A stretch of 51,291 bases of DNA from Atractiella rhizophila (Eukaryota), in contig MU271209.1 of the NCBI GenBank assembly GCA_021432655.1, forward strand, positions 62,001 through 113,291. Reading direction: 5' to 3'. The notes below the pieces were generated by a model that did not search any database, was not told the origin of the DNA, and was given only the letters and a program-made list of their open reading frames with translations. Position numbers and translations under genes: made by a program. Below are positions 49,732 through 51,291 of this stretch, piece by piece; the stretch's first letter is position 1; the number at the start of each line of letters is the position of its first letter.

Positions 49732-50741
49732 TTACGGACTATAGAGATAACGAGAGAGCGTCGGACGCACACGAATCATGATGCTGAGCCTCTGAGTACT
49801 TCCAACTTCCTCACTTTTCTCCTCTTCTCCAAGTTGCGGCCACGAGTGTCGGAGGGGAATGGAGTGCTTGAAGCCGTACCTGATGCGTCCGCTACATTCC
49901 ATCTCAGCTTTCTTCAACCAGAACTGCAAATCGGGAGGAAGAGGAAGAGACCTAAGGAGGAGAGTAGGGAGAACGGAGAGACGCACGTTTGAACGTACAC
50001 ATCGCCCTTACCCAGTCGGACTTCTATCCGTGCTCTCTCCATCCTCCTCTCTCCCACTTCACCAACATCTTTACCGTCGCCCTCAAGTTCCTTGTCAGGT
50101 TCAGGTACCGCCTCCTCTTCGAGGACCAATACCCTCTCTCCACCCAAACAAACGCCGACGATCCAATCCCCAAACGCCTCTCTCGAATCCACATGCGGCT
50201 TTATCTCTCCTTCTCCTGACAAATGCAATAAATGAACCTCGCTCTCCTCCTCCGTGGGAAAAATAGACTGTAACCGCTCCCACTCTTCCTTTGGGAGGGT
50301 ATCGATGAATTCTTGTGCGGATTGAGGCGTGAGAGCCGCTTCGCGGAAGGAGGAGATGACGGCATCGTAGTGTCCTTCTTCCCACGTATAGCACTGGTGT
50401 GGATAAAACTGTTCCCCTTCTTCCAGTGTAACATTCTTCCGCAGCCGCCGTTGGGAGGGAGTCGGAGGGAGGATGTCGTCTAACTTGCGCAGGGATGACG
50501 AGAGGAAGACATTCTGCGCGGAGGGAGAGAGGAAGCGGGGGTAGAGCAGGAAGGAGGTAGGATCGACGGATGGAGGGAGGGAGTTGACACGGATGAGGGG
50601 GGATGAGGATGATAATGAGAGCGGTGTAGGTGCAGATAAATCAGCCGAGGGCGAGGAAAAGGTGCCCTCCCAGCGTCGCGTGTGGCGGTACGCATGGTGA
50701 AATAATCCCAGCGAGCGTGTTTTGGGTTGAAGTCGTAACAT
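49732..50741 (-). CDS. AlkB-family 2OG-Fe(II) dioxygenase (ALKBH7-like), probable mitochondrial presequence
   Basis: WEEGHYDAVISSFRE, HLLHL..GEIKPHVDS (HxD), YGFKHSIP, QRLSIMIR; Arg-rich N-terminus MLRLQPKTRSLG; one intron at ~49927-49986. Confidence 0.82.
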
Positions 50742-51291
50742 GGTCAGTTGTAACTTTATCTCGCATCCACAATGCTGCGTAAGGTAGACCAGCATTACTC
50801 TTTTTCTGTTGGAAAGAAACAGCAGATATGGATTCCTTCCTCTCTTGGTGCTCAGACAATGGTATTGCCATCCATCCACAGTTTTCTTTCTCCACATTCG
50901 ACCCTTCCAACTGGACCGTAACATCCTCCAACTTCCTTCCACAGGATGACGTCTGTCCGTGCACTTCATCTCATCTCACAACTTGAACACCATAAAGCTA
51001 ACGAGACCTCAAAGAAGTATGCAGCATCCCCAAACGGTCCCTCCTCACGCCTATCACCTCGTCTTTCCTCCAACCATCAAGCCAGCACCTTCCTGCTTCC
51101 CATCCATCTTCTCACACAATCCGCCTCGTTTTATCCCTAGCATACGAGATATCCATCGCTCAGAAAAGCAGGTGGTGGCCTTACCTCGCCATTTTACCAG
51201 GATTGAGGGAAGGGAGTGAGGATGAGACGGTGCGGGATGAGTTGCCAGTTTTTTGGGAGGAGCAGAGTGAGGAAAGGAAGTGGTTGAAGGG

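Noticed and set aside
45346..50741. DNA-repair cluster (RAD3 next to AlkB)
   Set aside because: The AlkB protein looks ALKBH7-like and mitochondrial; adjacency alone is weak evidence.
51040..51291. Possible 3' end of a minus-strand gene with one GT-AG intron at the window edge
   Set aside because: Reading frame and identity cannot be determined from the fragment.

Overview
Gene-dense, intron-rich fungal nuclear DNA, probably a basidiomycete (about 50-nt GT-AG introns with CTRAY-type branch points; taxon is an inference). About 19 protein-coding genes: an ABCC transporter, Pth2, a stand-alone hydantoinase-B/oxoprolinase, a TesB-type thioesterase, choline/ethanolamine kinase, secreted GH43, GID8, a small secreted protein, an F-box-like protein, septin Cdc3, CutC, C1-tetrahydrofolate synthase, an AhpC/TSA-like protein, complex I NDUFA11, a SAP30-like protein, Spo12-like, rhomboid, RAD3/XPD and an AlkB-family dioxygenase. 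The most striking signal is on both sides of the 543-N gap inside the C1-THF synthase gene. There the DNA is mirror-reversed (read backwards but not complemented) and only then encodes the missing synthetase exons with correct introns. This is almost certainly a gap-filling artefact. Also seen: a 1.93-kb tandem duplication (Cdc3 5' part plus CutC 5' part) that looks like two haplotypes, a candidate intronic C/D snoRNA in GID8, a +1 frameshift in the ABC gene, two GC-AG introns and several unusually long introns. I found no convincing novel multi-gene biological system. Exon boundaries were read by eye.
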